This document shows positions 17,226-25,112 of a stretch of 64,000 bases of DNA, one piece after another (the stretch's first letter is position 1; each line of letters opens with the position of its first letter). Origin of the DNA: an uncultured Candidatus Actinomarina sp. (lineage in GTDB: Bacteria; Actinomycetota; Acidimicrobiia; Actinomarinales; Actinomarinaceae); contig CACHTH010000001.1 in NCBI GenBank assembly GCA_902582695.1, positions 7,279 to 71,278 on the forward strand. The letters run 5' to 3'. The position numbers were made by a program, and so were the translations under genes. Below the pieces are notes generated by a model. That model was not told the DNA's origin. It did no database searches and saw nothing but the letters and a program-made list of their open reading frames with translations.

Positions 17226-18782
17226 ATGAAAATAGATATATTTGATACAACACTCAGAGATGGCTTTCAACAAGAAGGTATATCGCCTTCTGTAAAAGAT
17301 AAGATTGCAATTGCTAAGTTAATTGACGAATTAGGGGTTAGTTACATTGAAGGAGGATGGCCTGGAGCTTCTCCAAAAGAAGAAGAGTTTTTTGAAACTG
17401 CAAAAAAAGAGTTAAATCTAAAGAATGCAAAACTTGTTAGCTTTGGATCCACTAGAAAGTTAAATTTATCTGCTACAGATGATCCTCAAGTAAAGGCATT
17501 AGTTGATTCAGGAACTGATTATATCTGTATTGTAGGTAAATCTTCAAAACTACATATTAAAAAGGCTTTGCAAACTGATGTTGATAGTGCAATTGATATG
17601 GCAGTTGATACAATTTTATATTTAAAATCAAAAGGCAAAAAAGTATTTTTTGATGCAGAACACTTCTTTGATGGCTACAAAGAGGACTCTCAAACAAGTT
17701 TAAAAATTCTTGAATCAGTAGTTACAGCTGGTGCAGATTGTTTTATATTTTGCGACACAAATGGTGGTACATTACCTGAGGAAGTAAGAAAAATTCTTAC
17801 TGAGGTTATAGAAAAATATCCAAAAACAAAATTTGGTGTTCATTTTCAAAATGACAATGGCTGTGCAGTTGTTAACTCAATGGTTGCAGTAGATCTTGGT
17901 GTTGATCATGTTCAGGGAACAATAAATGGGTACGGTGAAAGGACTGGAAATGCTGACTTGTGTACACTCATTCCAAATCTATCTTTAAAGCAAAATTACG
18001 ACACAATACCTACAGATTCTCTTAGAAAACTAACCCAGACTGCCAACCATATTGCAGAACTCGTAAATGTGTCTATAGATTCAAGGCATCCATATGTTGG
18101 GTCATCTGCTTTTACCCATAAGGCAGGACTTCATGCATCTGGTATGTCAAAAGATAGCTCACTATATGAACACATAGATGCTTCAAAAGTTGGAAATTTT
18201 ACAAGAACTACAGTTTCAGAATTAGCTGGTAGAGCAAGTGTTATTAAAAAAGCAGAGGAGTTTGGGTTAAGTATTAATAATGATGAAGCTAAAGATTTAA
18301 TTCAACAAGTTCAAAACTTAGAGCACATTGGTTTTCAATTTGAAGCGGCGGATGCTTCGTTATTTATATTAATGAATTCAATAAAGGGAATTAAGCCAGA
18401 TTTTTTTGAATTTGAAAGTTTCAGAGTTTTTTCAGAAAGAAGAAATTCAGAAAATGTTGTTTCAGAAGCTGTTTGTAAAATCATCGTAAATAATAATAGA
18501 TATGTAAAGACAGGTGAAGGAGTTGGTCCGGTAGATGCTCTCTCAAAAGCATTAAAATCAGCACTTGAAAATGACTATAAAAATATTAACAATGTGAAAC
18601 TTATTGATTATAAGGTCAGAATAATTGACTCCTCTGATGGCACAGAAGCTAAAACAAGAGTACTAATTGAATTTACTGATTCAAAAAAACAATGGAGCAC
18701 TATAGGTGTGCATGAAAATATTATTAATGCATCTTGGAATGCGCTTTGCGATGGATTTAATTATTATTTTATGACTTCTTAA
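17226..18782 (+). CDS. cimA: (R)-citramalate synthase (CimA, LeuA/HCS family, TIGR00977-like)
   Basis: 518 aa, collinear with the Geobacter-type CimA as I recall it (FDTTLRDGFQQEG, YIEGGWPGASPKEEEFF, FDAEHFFDGYK, CDTNGGTLP, VQGTINGYGERTGNADLC, C-terminal LeuA-dimer-like regulatory domain). Confidence 0.85.
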   Translation: MKIDIFDTTLRDGFQQEGISPSVKDKIAIAKLIDELGVSYIEGGWPGASPKEEEFFETAKKELNLKNAKLVSFGSTRKLNLSATDDPQVKALVDSGTDYICIVGKSSKLHIKKALQTDVDSAIDMAVDTILYLKSKGKKVFFDAEHFFDGYKEDSQTSLKILESVVTAGADCFIFCDTNGGTLPEEVRKILTEVIEKYPKTKFGVHFQNDNGCAVVNSMVAVDLGVDHVQGTINGYGERTGNADLCTLIPNLSLKQNYDTIPTDSLRKLTQTANHIAELVNVSIDSRHPYVGSSAFTHKAGLHASGMSKDSSLYEHIDASKVGNFTRTTVSELAGRASVIKKAEEFGLSINNDEAKDLIQQVQNLEHIGFQFEAADASLFILMNSIKGIKPDFFEFESFRVFSERRNSENVVSEAVCKIIVNNNRYVKTGEGVGPVDALSKALKSALENDYKNINNVKLIDYKVRIIDSSDGTEAKTRVLIEFTDSKKQWSTIGVHENIINASWNALCDGFNYYFMTS

Positions 18783-18832
18783 GTAGATTTTTCACTTTAC
18801 GGATATATATACTATTTCTTAGGGGAGAATTT

Positions 18833-20779
18833 ATGAATGAAAAAATTGAAAACCTACTTAAAGAAGATAGAAAATTTCCGCCTTCTGAACATCTAGTCAA
18901 AAACGCAAATGCACCATCTTCTTGGTATGACGAAGCAAGCAAAGATAGATTAAAATTTTGGCAAAAACAGGCTTTAACAAGAATCTCTTGGTTCAAAGAG
19001 CCAACAGATATTCTAGATGATTCAAACCCTCCTTTTTTCAAATGGTTTAAAGATGGTGAGTTGAACTTATCTTATAATTGCTTAGATAGACATCTTGAAT
19101 CTGATGGGGATAGAGTTGCGTTTTATTGGGAAGGTGAACCCGGAGATACGCAAGAAATTACATATCAGGATCTTTATGAGCGAGTTTGCAAACTTTCAAA
19201 TGCATTAAAAAAACTTGGTGTAGAAAAAGGTGATAGAGTAGCAATTTATTTGGGCATGACTCCAGAAATAGTAGTTTCTATGTTGGCTTGTGCAAGGATT
19301 GGTGCAGTGCACTCAGTTGTCTTTGGTGGATTTTCATCTGAAGCTCTTGCAGATAGAATCAATGACGCAAAAGCAAAAACAGTTATTACTGCTGATGGTG
19401 CATGGAGAAGGGGAGATATTGTTCCTTTAAAAAATAATGTTGACGGCTCATTGGAACTTACTGAATATGTAGAAAATGTAATTGTTGTTAAACGAACTGA
19501 GCAGGAAATTAATATGACTGATGGTCGAGATCATTGGTACCATGATATAACTGACAAAGAGTCTTCTGATTGCGAACCTGAAGTAATGAACTCTGAGGAT
19601 ATGCTGTACATTCTTTATACATCTGGAACAACTGCTAAACCAAAAGGTATTGTCCACACACAAGGTGGGTATCTAACAGGAGTGACAACAACTCATCACG
19701 AAGTTTTTGATGTAAAAGAAGATGATATTTACTGGTGTGCAGCAGATTGTGGTTGGGTTACTGGTCATAGTTATATTGTTTATGGGCCACTAGCTAATAA
19801 AGCTACAAGCGTTATGTATGAGGGAGCACCAAATGCACCAGATGAGAAAAGACTTTGGAGTATAATTGAAAAGTACAAAGTCAACATTTTTTATACTGCT
19901 CCAACTGCAATAAGAGCATTTATGAAATGGGGTGTAGAGCACCCTCAAGCTCATGATTTAAGTTCACTAAGAATATTAGGTACTGTTGGGGAGCCAATAA
20001 ATCCGGAAGCATGGATGTGGTATCACAAAAATATTGGTGGCGAGAATTGTGCGATTGTAGATACATGGTGGCAAACAGAAACTGGTTCAATAATGATATC
20101 CCCACTTCCAGGTGTGACAAGTACTAAACCCGGATCAGCTTGCGGACCACTACCAGGTATCGAATCAGTTGTAATTGACAATGATGGAAATGAAGTAGGA
20201 AAAGGGGAAGGCGGCTTTTTAGCTGTAAAATCTCCTTGGCCATCAATGCTTAGAACTGTCTATGGAGATGATCAAAGATATTTGGATACTTATTGGTCAC
20301 AACATGATGGTTTATATTTTGCTGGTGATGGAGCTAAGTATGATGAAGAAGGTTATATATGGCTCTTAGGTCGTGTTGATGATGTAATGAACATATCTGG
20401 ACATAGAATATCAACTGCTGAGGTTGAAAGTGCTTTAGTTTCCCATCAAGCAGTGGCCGAAGCTGCAGTAATTGGTAGAAGCGACGAAATTACTGGAGAA
20501 GCGATTGCTGCATTTGTTTCATTAATTGGAACTGATGAAGGCAACGAAGAACTCATTGCTGATCTGAGACAGCATGTAAGTGATAAAATTGGACCAATTG
20601 CAAAACCAAAAAGCATTGTTATTACCGCTGATTTACCAAAAACTAGAAGTGGAAAAATTATGAGAAGGCTTTTAAAAGATATTTCTGAAGAAAGAAAGCT
20701 TGGAGACGTTACTACATTAGCTAATGCAGATATCGTATCTGAATTACAAACTAGAGCATCAGAATCTGACGATGAATGA
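18833..20779 (+). CDS. acs: acetyl-CoA synthetase (AMP-forming)
   Basis: 648 aa with the AMP-binding signature YTSGTTAKPKG, WWQTETG, and C-terminal LPKTRSGKIMRR. An SD sequence (aggggag) lies upstream. Confidence 0.95.
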   Translation: MNEKIENLLKEDRKFPPSEHLVKNANAPSSWYDEASKDRLKFWQKQALTRISWFKEPTDILDDSNPPFFKWFKDGELNLSYNCLDRHLESDGDRVAFYWEGEPGDTQEITYQDLYERVCKLSNALKKLGVEKGDRVAIYLGMTPEIVVSMLACARIGAVHSVVFGGFSSEALADRINDAKAKTVITADGAWRRGDIVPLKNNVDGSLELTEYVENVIVVKRTEQEINMTDGRDHWYHDITDKESSDCEPEVMNSEDMLYILYTSGTTAKPKGIVHTQGGYLTGVTTTHHEVFDVKEDDIYWCAADCGWVTGHSYIVYGPLANKATSVMYEGAPNAPDEKRLWSIIEKYKVNIFYTAPTAIRAFMKWGVEHPQAHDLSSLRILGTVGEPINPEAWMWYHKNIGGENCAIVDTWWQTETGSIMISPLPGVTSTKPGSACGPLPGIESVVIDNDGNEVGKGEGGFLAVKSPWPSMLRTVYGDDQRYLDTYWSQHDGLYFAGDGAKYDEEGYIWLLGRVDDVMNISGHRISTAEVESALVSHQAVAEAAVIGRSDEITGEAIAAFVSLIGTDEGNEELIADLRQHVSDKIGPIAKPKSIVITADLPKTRSGKIMRRLLKDISEERKLGDVTTLANADIVSELQTRASESDDE

Positions 20780-21266
20780 GAGAATAGTTAAATGGGACTT
20801 AATTCCAGGCTTAGTCATGGAATTGGTAAATTTGGATAAAGAAGGTAGAAGAGAATTTTTTATAAATTTACCAATTGAAAACGTTCCGATGGGCGCACTA
20901 ATGGATACTTCAAGCATTCATGTTGATGAAAAGGGGCAAGTATCTTTTACACTTACGCCACAAGAATTTCATTACAACCCTCTTGGAACAGTTCATGGAG
21001 GTATGGCGGCTACAATGCTAGATTCTTGTAATAGTATTTCAGCTAACTGTCAATTGGATAAAGGGTTTCTAACTATGACAACAGATATAAGGATTAATTA
21101 TTTAAGACCTATGACTGTATCTACTGGTGAAGTTACTGCTTCTGCAGAAATTGAAAAAATTGGAAGAAGAGTTATTTTTGTAACAGGAACTTTGAAAGAT
21201 AAAAATGGAAAAGTTTATGCAACTGCAAATTCAACAGAACTCATAGTTGAATTTCCACCAAAATAG
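20772..21266 (+). CDS. PaaI-family hotdog-fold thioesterase
   Basis: The motif GTVHGGMAATMLDS is present. I prefer the ATG at 20772 (MNERIVKW...), which overlaps the acs stop codon (ATGAATGA), over the track's 20724 start inside acs. Confidence 0.75.
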   Translation: MNERIVKWDLIPGLVMELVNLDKEGRREFFINLPIENVPMGALMDTSSIHVDEKGQVSFTLTPQEFHYNPLGTVHGGMAATMLDSCNSISANCQLDKGFLTMTTDIRINYLRPMTVSTGEVTASAEIEKIGRRVIFVTGTLKDKNGKVYATANSTELIVEFPPK

Positions 21267-21280
21267 ATAACTATAATTTG

Positions 21281-21363
21281 TGCGGATGAGAGGACTCGAA
21301 CCTCCACGAGCAAAGCTCACTAGATCCTAAATCTAGCGCGTCTACCAGTTCCGCCACATCCGC
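21281..21363 (-). tRNA. tRNA-Leu (anticodon TAG), class II with a long variable arm
   Basis: The reverse complement folds as gcggatg/catccgc acceptor, anticodon stem ctaga/tctag, loop ttTAGga, variable arm gagctttgctcgt, and T loop ttcgagt. Confidence 0.9.
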
Positions 21364-21375
21364 TAAAATGTCGCG

Positions 21376-21449
21376 TGGGTCGCCGGGGACTTGAACCCCG
21401 AACCTGCGGATTAAGAGTCCGTTGCTCTGCCAAATTGAGCTAGCGACCC
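21376..21449 (-). tRNA. tRNA-Lys (anticodon CTT)
   Basis: The reverse complement folds as gggtcgc/gcgaccc acceptor, loop ctCTTaa, and T arm cgggg-ttcaagt-ccccg. There is one A:C mismatch at the top of the anticodon stem. Confidence 0.85.
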
Positions 21450-21544
21450 CTTTTAAAGATTAACTTAGATTATGATAGTTAAGTATAAATTTTTTCTATT
21501 TATTCTTTTTATAAAACAGTTAAGATAGAAAAATGATTAAGTTG

Positions 21545-21619
21545 CGGGCTGTGGCTCAGCTTGGCTAGAGCGCCTGCTTTGGGAGCAGGAGGTCGTGAGT
21601 TCGAATCTCACCAGCCCGA
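21545..21619 (+). tRNA. tRNA-Pro (anticodon TGG)
   Basis: Acceptor cgggctg/cagcccg, anticodon stem cctgc/gcagg, loop ttTGGga, T arm gtgag-ttcgaat-ctcac. Confidence 0.9.
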
Positions 21620-21626
21620 CAAACCT

Positions 21627-21697
21627 GCGGGTGTAGCTTAATGGCAAAGCTCCAGCCTTCCAAGCTGGCTATGAGGGTTCGATTCCCTTCACCCGCT
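21627..21697 (+). tRNA. tRNA-Gly (anticodon TCC)
   Basis: Acceptor gcgggtg/cacccgc, anticodon stem ccagc/gctgg, loop ctTCCaa, short 4-nt variable loop, 71 nt in total. Confidence 0.9.
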
Positions 21698-21705
21698 CAC
21701 GAAGA

Positions 21706-21779
21706 GCTCTCGTAGCTCAAATGGATAGAGCAACAGACTTCTAATCTGTAGGTTATAGGTTCGAGTCCTATCGAGAGCG
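21706..21779 (+). tRNA. tRNA-Arg (anticodon TCT)
   Basis: Acceptor gctctcg/cgagagc, anticodon stem acaga/tctgt, loop ctTCTaa, T arm atagg-ttcgagt-cctat. Confidence 0.9.
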
Positions 21780-21783
21780 CTGT

Positions 21784-21859
21784 GGTGATCGTAGCTCAGT
21801 TCGGTTAGAGCGCCTGGTTGTGGTCCAGGAGGTCGCGGGTTCGAATCCCGTCGGTCACC
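21784..21859 (+). tRNA. tRNA-His (anticodon GTG) with encoded G-1
   Basis: An extra 5' G (21784) lies opposite the discriminator C. Acceptor gtgatcg/cggtcac, anticodon stem cctgg/ccagg, loop ttGTGgt. Confidence 0.9.
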
Positions 21860-21880
21860 CTTATATTTATTAGGAGATAA

Positions 21881-23200
21881 ATGAAATATAAAGTAAAAAA
21901 AGTTGGCGATTTTGAAAGCAATATTGAAATTGATATTGATTTTGAAGATCTTGAATCTAAAAAAGATGAAGCAATTTCTAAAATTAGCAAATCACTAAAA
22001 GTTAAAGGTTTTAGACCGGGAAAAATTCCAAAAAATATTGTCATTAGAGAAGTGGGTGAAGATTATATTCTTGAGGAATCAATTGATTTATATTTGCCTG
22101 AGCAAATTTTTGAAATATTGCAAAAAGAAGAATTAAACCCAGCCGTTAGGCCCGTGGTAAAAGATTTAAAAAAAGAAAAAAAATCCTATAAGGTTGATGT
22201 TTTAATCACACTGTGGCCAAAATTATCTAAACTTCCAAAGCTAAATCAAACTGTAGAAGTAGAATCCATTACCCCTACTGAGGAAGAGATTTCAGATCAA
22301 ATTGACAGAATAAAGCTACAGTTTGCTGATGTGACTAAAGTTGAAAGACCTTCAAAAACATCTGATTATTTATTAGTAAATATAAGTGCAATGGAAAATG
22401 GTAAAGAGTTAGAAGAATTTTCCTATCAAGATTATTTGTACGAACTCGGAAGCAACTCACTAACACCCTCAATGGATTCAAAATTAGAAGGTGTATCTAC
22501 AGGAGCAATAATAAAATTTAATGATGATATACCATCTGTTGGTAAAAGTAATGTCGAAATTACTGTTTTAGTAAAAGAAATTAAAGAAAAGGTTATGCCA
22601 GAATTGACTGACGAATGGGTTTCTTCAATGACTGAATTTGATAATATTGCCGAAATGAACGATGAGTTATTTAAAAATATTGAGATGGTTAAAAAAAGAC
22701 AAATTGCTAATCAGTACCAAGGTTTATTAACAAGTAAATTGATAGAAGAATCAAAGCTAGAACTTCCTGAACAGTTAGTAATTGCTGAAATGGATAGCAT
22801 ATTACAAAACTTCATGGCTGAATTGAACCAAAATAATATAAAAATTGAAGATTACTTGCAAATAACTGGATTAACTGAAGAAACTCTTCAAGAAGACTTA
22901 AAAAATCAAGCTACTAGAAATTTATCTATGGTAGTTATTTTGGATAAAGTTGTTGAAGATCAAGAGCTTAAACTGGATGATAAAGAAATTAAATATATTG
23001 ATGACCACATGTCAACACATGATGAAGATGGAAATGAAGTAGAAGATGCAAGTCATAGATTAAATTTAGAAGCTGAATCCCTAAGAAATAAGGCTATGCT
23101 GCATATTTTGCAACAAGGAGTGTCTGTTGACAAGGATGGTGAAAAAGTATACCTACAAGACGTCTACAATCAAGAAGAAGAAGTAAGAGAGGAAGAATAA
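21881..23200 (+). CDS. tig: trigger factor
   Basis: 439 aa. The N-terminal ribosome-binding signature [12 protein letters not shown] is present, and the gene sits upstream of clpP-clpX. An SD sequence (aggag) lies 6 nt upstream. The start is only 21 nt after tRNA-His. Confidence 0.92.
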   Translation: MKYKVKKVGDFESNIEIDIDFEDLESKKDEAISKISKSLKVKGFRPGKIPKNIVIREVGEDYILEESIDLYLPEQIFEILQKEELNPAVRPVVKDLKKEKKSYKVDVLITLWPKLSKLPKLNQTVEVESITPTEEEISDQIDRIKLQFADVTKVERPSKTSDYLLVNISAMENGKELEEFSYQDYLYELGSNSLTPSMDSKLEGVSTGAIIKFNDDIPSVGKSNVEITVLVKEIKEKVMPELTDEWVSSMTEFDNIAEMNDELFKNIEMVKKRQIANQYQGLLTSKLIEESKLELPEQLVIAEMDSILQNFMAELNQNNIKIEDYLQITGLTEETLQEDLKNQATRNLSMVVILDKVVEDQELKLDDKEIKYIDDHMSTHDEDGNEVEDASHRLNLEAESLRNKAMLHILQQGVSVDKDGEKVYLQDVYNQEEEVREEE

Positions 23201-23201
23201 T

Positions 23202-23819
23202 ATGAAAGAATTACCTTCAAATTATGTAATCCCTACTGTTATAGAAAATACTAACAGGGGCGAGAGAGCCTTTGATATATACTCAAGGCTTTTAAAAGAT
23301 AGAATTATATTTTTGGGAACACCAATTGATGATGGTGTAGCAAACTCCATAATGGCTCAGCTATTACATTTAGAATCAGAAGACCCAGATAAAGATATTT
23401 TTATGTATATCAACTCGCCAGGAGGATCAATCACTTCATTATTTACAATTTATGACACAATGAAGTACATAAAGCCAGATATTTCAACAGTATGCATGGG
23501 GCTAGCAGCATCTGCAGCTTCTGTCATTTTAGCTGGTGGTACTCCTGGAAAAAGATACAGCTTACCAAATGCAAGAATCATGCTCCATCAACCATCTGGT
23601 GGTATGGAGGGTACTGTAGCTGATATGGAGAGAAATTTTGATCTTATTGTGTCAATGAGAACCCAATTAAACGGTTTATTGGCTGATTTTACTGGTCAAA
23701 ACGTTGAAAAAGTTGCGGAAGACACAGATAGAGATTTTTGGATGACCGCGCAAGAAGCAAAAGAATACGGTATAGTAGATGAAGTGCTAATTCAAAGGGA
23801 GTTAGCAGACAAAAAATAG
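23202..23819 (+). CDS. clpP: ATP-dependent Clp protease proteolytic subunit
   Basis: 205 aa with the segments [34 protein letters not shown] (Ser) and MLHQP (His). Confidence 0.95.
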   Translation: MKELPSNYVIPTVIENTNRGERAFDIYSRLLKDRIIFLGTPIDDGVANSIMAQLLHLESEDPDKDIFMYINSPGGSITSLFTIYDTMKYIKPDISTVCMGLAASAASVILAGGTPGKRYSLPNARIMLHQPSGGMEGTVADMERNFDLIVSMRTQLNGLLADFTGQNVEKVAEDTDRDFWMTAQEAKEYGIVDEVLIQRELADKK

Positions 23820-23845
23820 CTAAAAAAACAACAGGGTAGTTAAAA

Positions 23846-25102
23846 ATGGCAAATAAAGATTCATCTCAAGCACTAAAGTGCAGTTTTTGTGGCAAGTCTC
23901 AAAAACAAGTAATAAAACTAATCGCAGGCCCAGGTGTTTACATTTGTGATGAGTGTATTGAACTTTGTGTTGAAATAATCGAAGAAGAAAAAGTCGAAAA
24001 GCTAGAAACAAGCTCAGAAGATTATCTACCTTTACCAAAAGAGATTAATCAATCATTAAACGAGTACATCATTGGCCAAGAAGATGCAAAGAAGACCTTG
24101 TCTGTTGCAGTTTATAATCACTACAAAAGAATTTATAAAGGTGATCTAGTAGATAATGAACTTGAAATTCAAAAATCAAACGTTTTACTTTTAGGACCAA
24201 CTGGAAGTGGTAAAACACTGTTAGCACAAACTTTAGCAAAAACACTAAATGTTCCTTTTGCAATAGCAGATGCAACTACTCTTACTGAAGCTGGTTATGT
24301 AGGTGAAGATGTTGAAAATATTTTGCTTACATTAATCCAATCAGCTGATTATGAAATTCCAAGAGCTGAAAAGGGAATTATCTACATTGATGAAATAGAT
24401 AAAATTACAAGAAAATCTGATAACCCATCAATTACAAGAGATGTTTCTGGAGAAGGTGTTCAACAGGCGTTACTTAAGATACTTGAAGGTACTACTGCTC
24501 AAGTGCCACCACAAGGTGGTAGAAAACATCCACAACAAGAGTATTTGCAAATAGATACTACAAATATTTTATTTATCGTTGGAGGAGCTTTTGACGGACT
24601 TGATCAAATTATTAGTAAGAGGCTTGGAGAAAATACAATTGGCTTTAACACTAACATGTCAGATGCTAAAGAATTTTATAAAGAAGAACTTTTTGCATTT
24701 GTTGAACCAAGAGATTTAATTAAGTTTGGCTTGATTCCTGAATTTATTGGAAGACTACCAGTTACTACAAATGTAAATGAATTAAGCAAGGATGCTTTGA
24801 TAGAAATTCTAACTAAGCCAAAAAACGCTATTACAAAACAATTTAAGAAAATGTTTGAATTAGACGATATCGATCTTGTTTTCACTGATGCATCACTTGA
24901 GGCTATGGCTGATTTAGCGCTCGAAAGGAAAACTGGCGCAAGAGGTCTACGCTCAATATTAGAGAAAATATTGTTAGATGAAATGTATGAATCACCATCA
25001 AGAAAAGATATTTCTAAAATAATTATTGATAAAGAAAATGTTTTAGAAGATATTGCACCAAAAATGGTTTTGAAAGAGTCAAAAGACGACAAAACTGCAT
25101 AA
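23846..25102 (+). CDS. clpX: ATP-dependent Clp protease ATP-binding subunit ClpX
   Basis: 418 aa with an N-terminal zinc ribbon (CSFCGKSQ...CDECI), Walker [17 protein letters not shown] and GARGLR. Confidence 0.95.
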   Translation: MANKDSSQALKCSFCGKSQKQVIKLIAGPGVYICDECIELCVEIIEEEKVEKLETSSEDYLPLPKEINQSLNEYIIGQEDAKKTLSVAVYNHYKRIYKGDLVDNELEIQKSNVLLLGPTGSGKTLLAQTLAKTLNVPFAIADATTLTEAGYVGEDVENILLTLIQSADYEIPRAEKGIIYIDEIDKITRKSDNPSITRDVSGEGVQQALLKILEGTTAQVPPQGGRKHPQQEYLQIDTTNILFIVGGAFDGLDQIISKRLGENTIGFNTNMSDAKEFYKEELFAFVEPRDLIKFGLIPEFIGRLPVTTNVNELSKDALIEILTKPKNAITKQFKKMFELDDIDLVFTDASLEAMADLALERKTGARGLRSILEKILLDEMYESPSRKDISKIIIDKENVLEDIAPKMVLKESKDDKTA

Positions 25103-25112
25103 AATATAATAT

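Noticed and set aside
18769-19041. A 90-aa minus-strand ORF bridging the cimA-acs junction.
   Set aside because: It is antisense to the acs N-terminus and the cimA stop, has no motifs, and the intergenic part carries the acs SD sequence on the other strand.
20724-20771. The upstream start (20724) for the second PaaI thioesterase, and the TTG 15868 start for rdgB.
   Set aside because: Both extensions run inside the preceding conserved gene (acs and rph respectively) and add non-homologous residues. Internal ATG codons give canonical N-termini.
21281-21859. The tRNA cluster (and tRNA-Ala and tRNA-Asn) as integration sites of prophages or genomic islands.
   Set aside because: I found no integrase, no direct repeat of a tRNA 3' end and no phage-like genes beside them. 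The flanking genes are the conserved acs and tig-clpPX backbone. Only the region after tRNA(CAT) at 61695 has any island-like flavour, and it is reported separately.
21805-22044. A 79-aa minus-strand ORF spanning tRNA-His and the start of tig.
   Set aside because: It overlaps a well-folded tRNA gene and the trigger factor N-terminus, so it is an artefact of the six-frame track.
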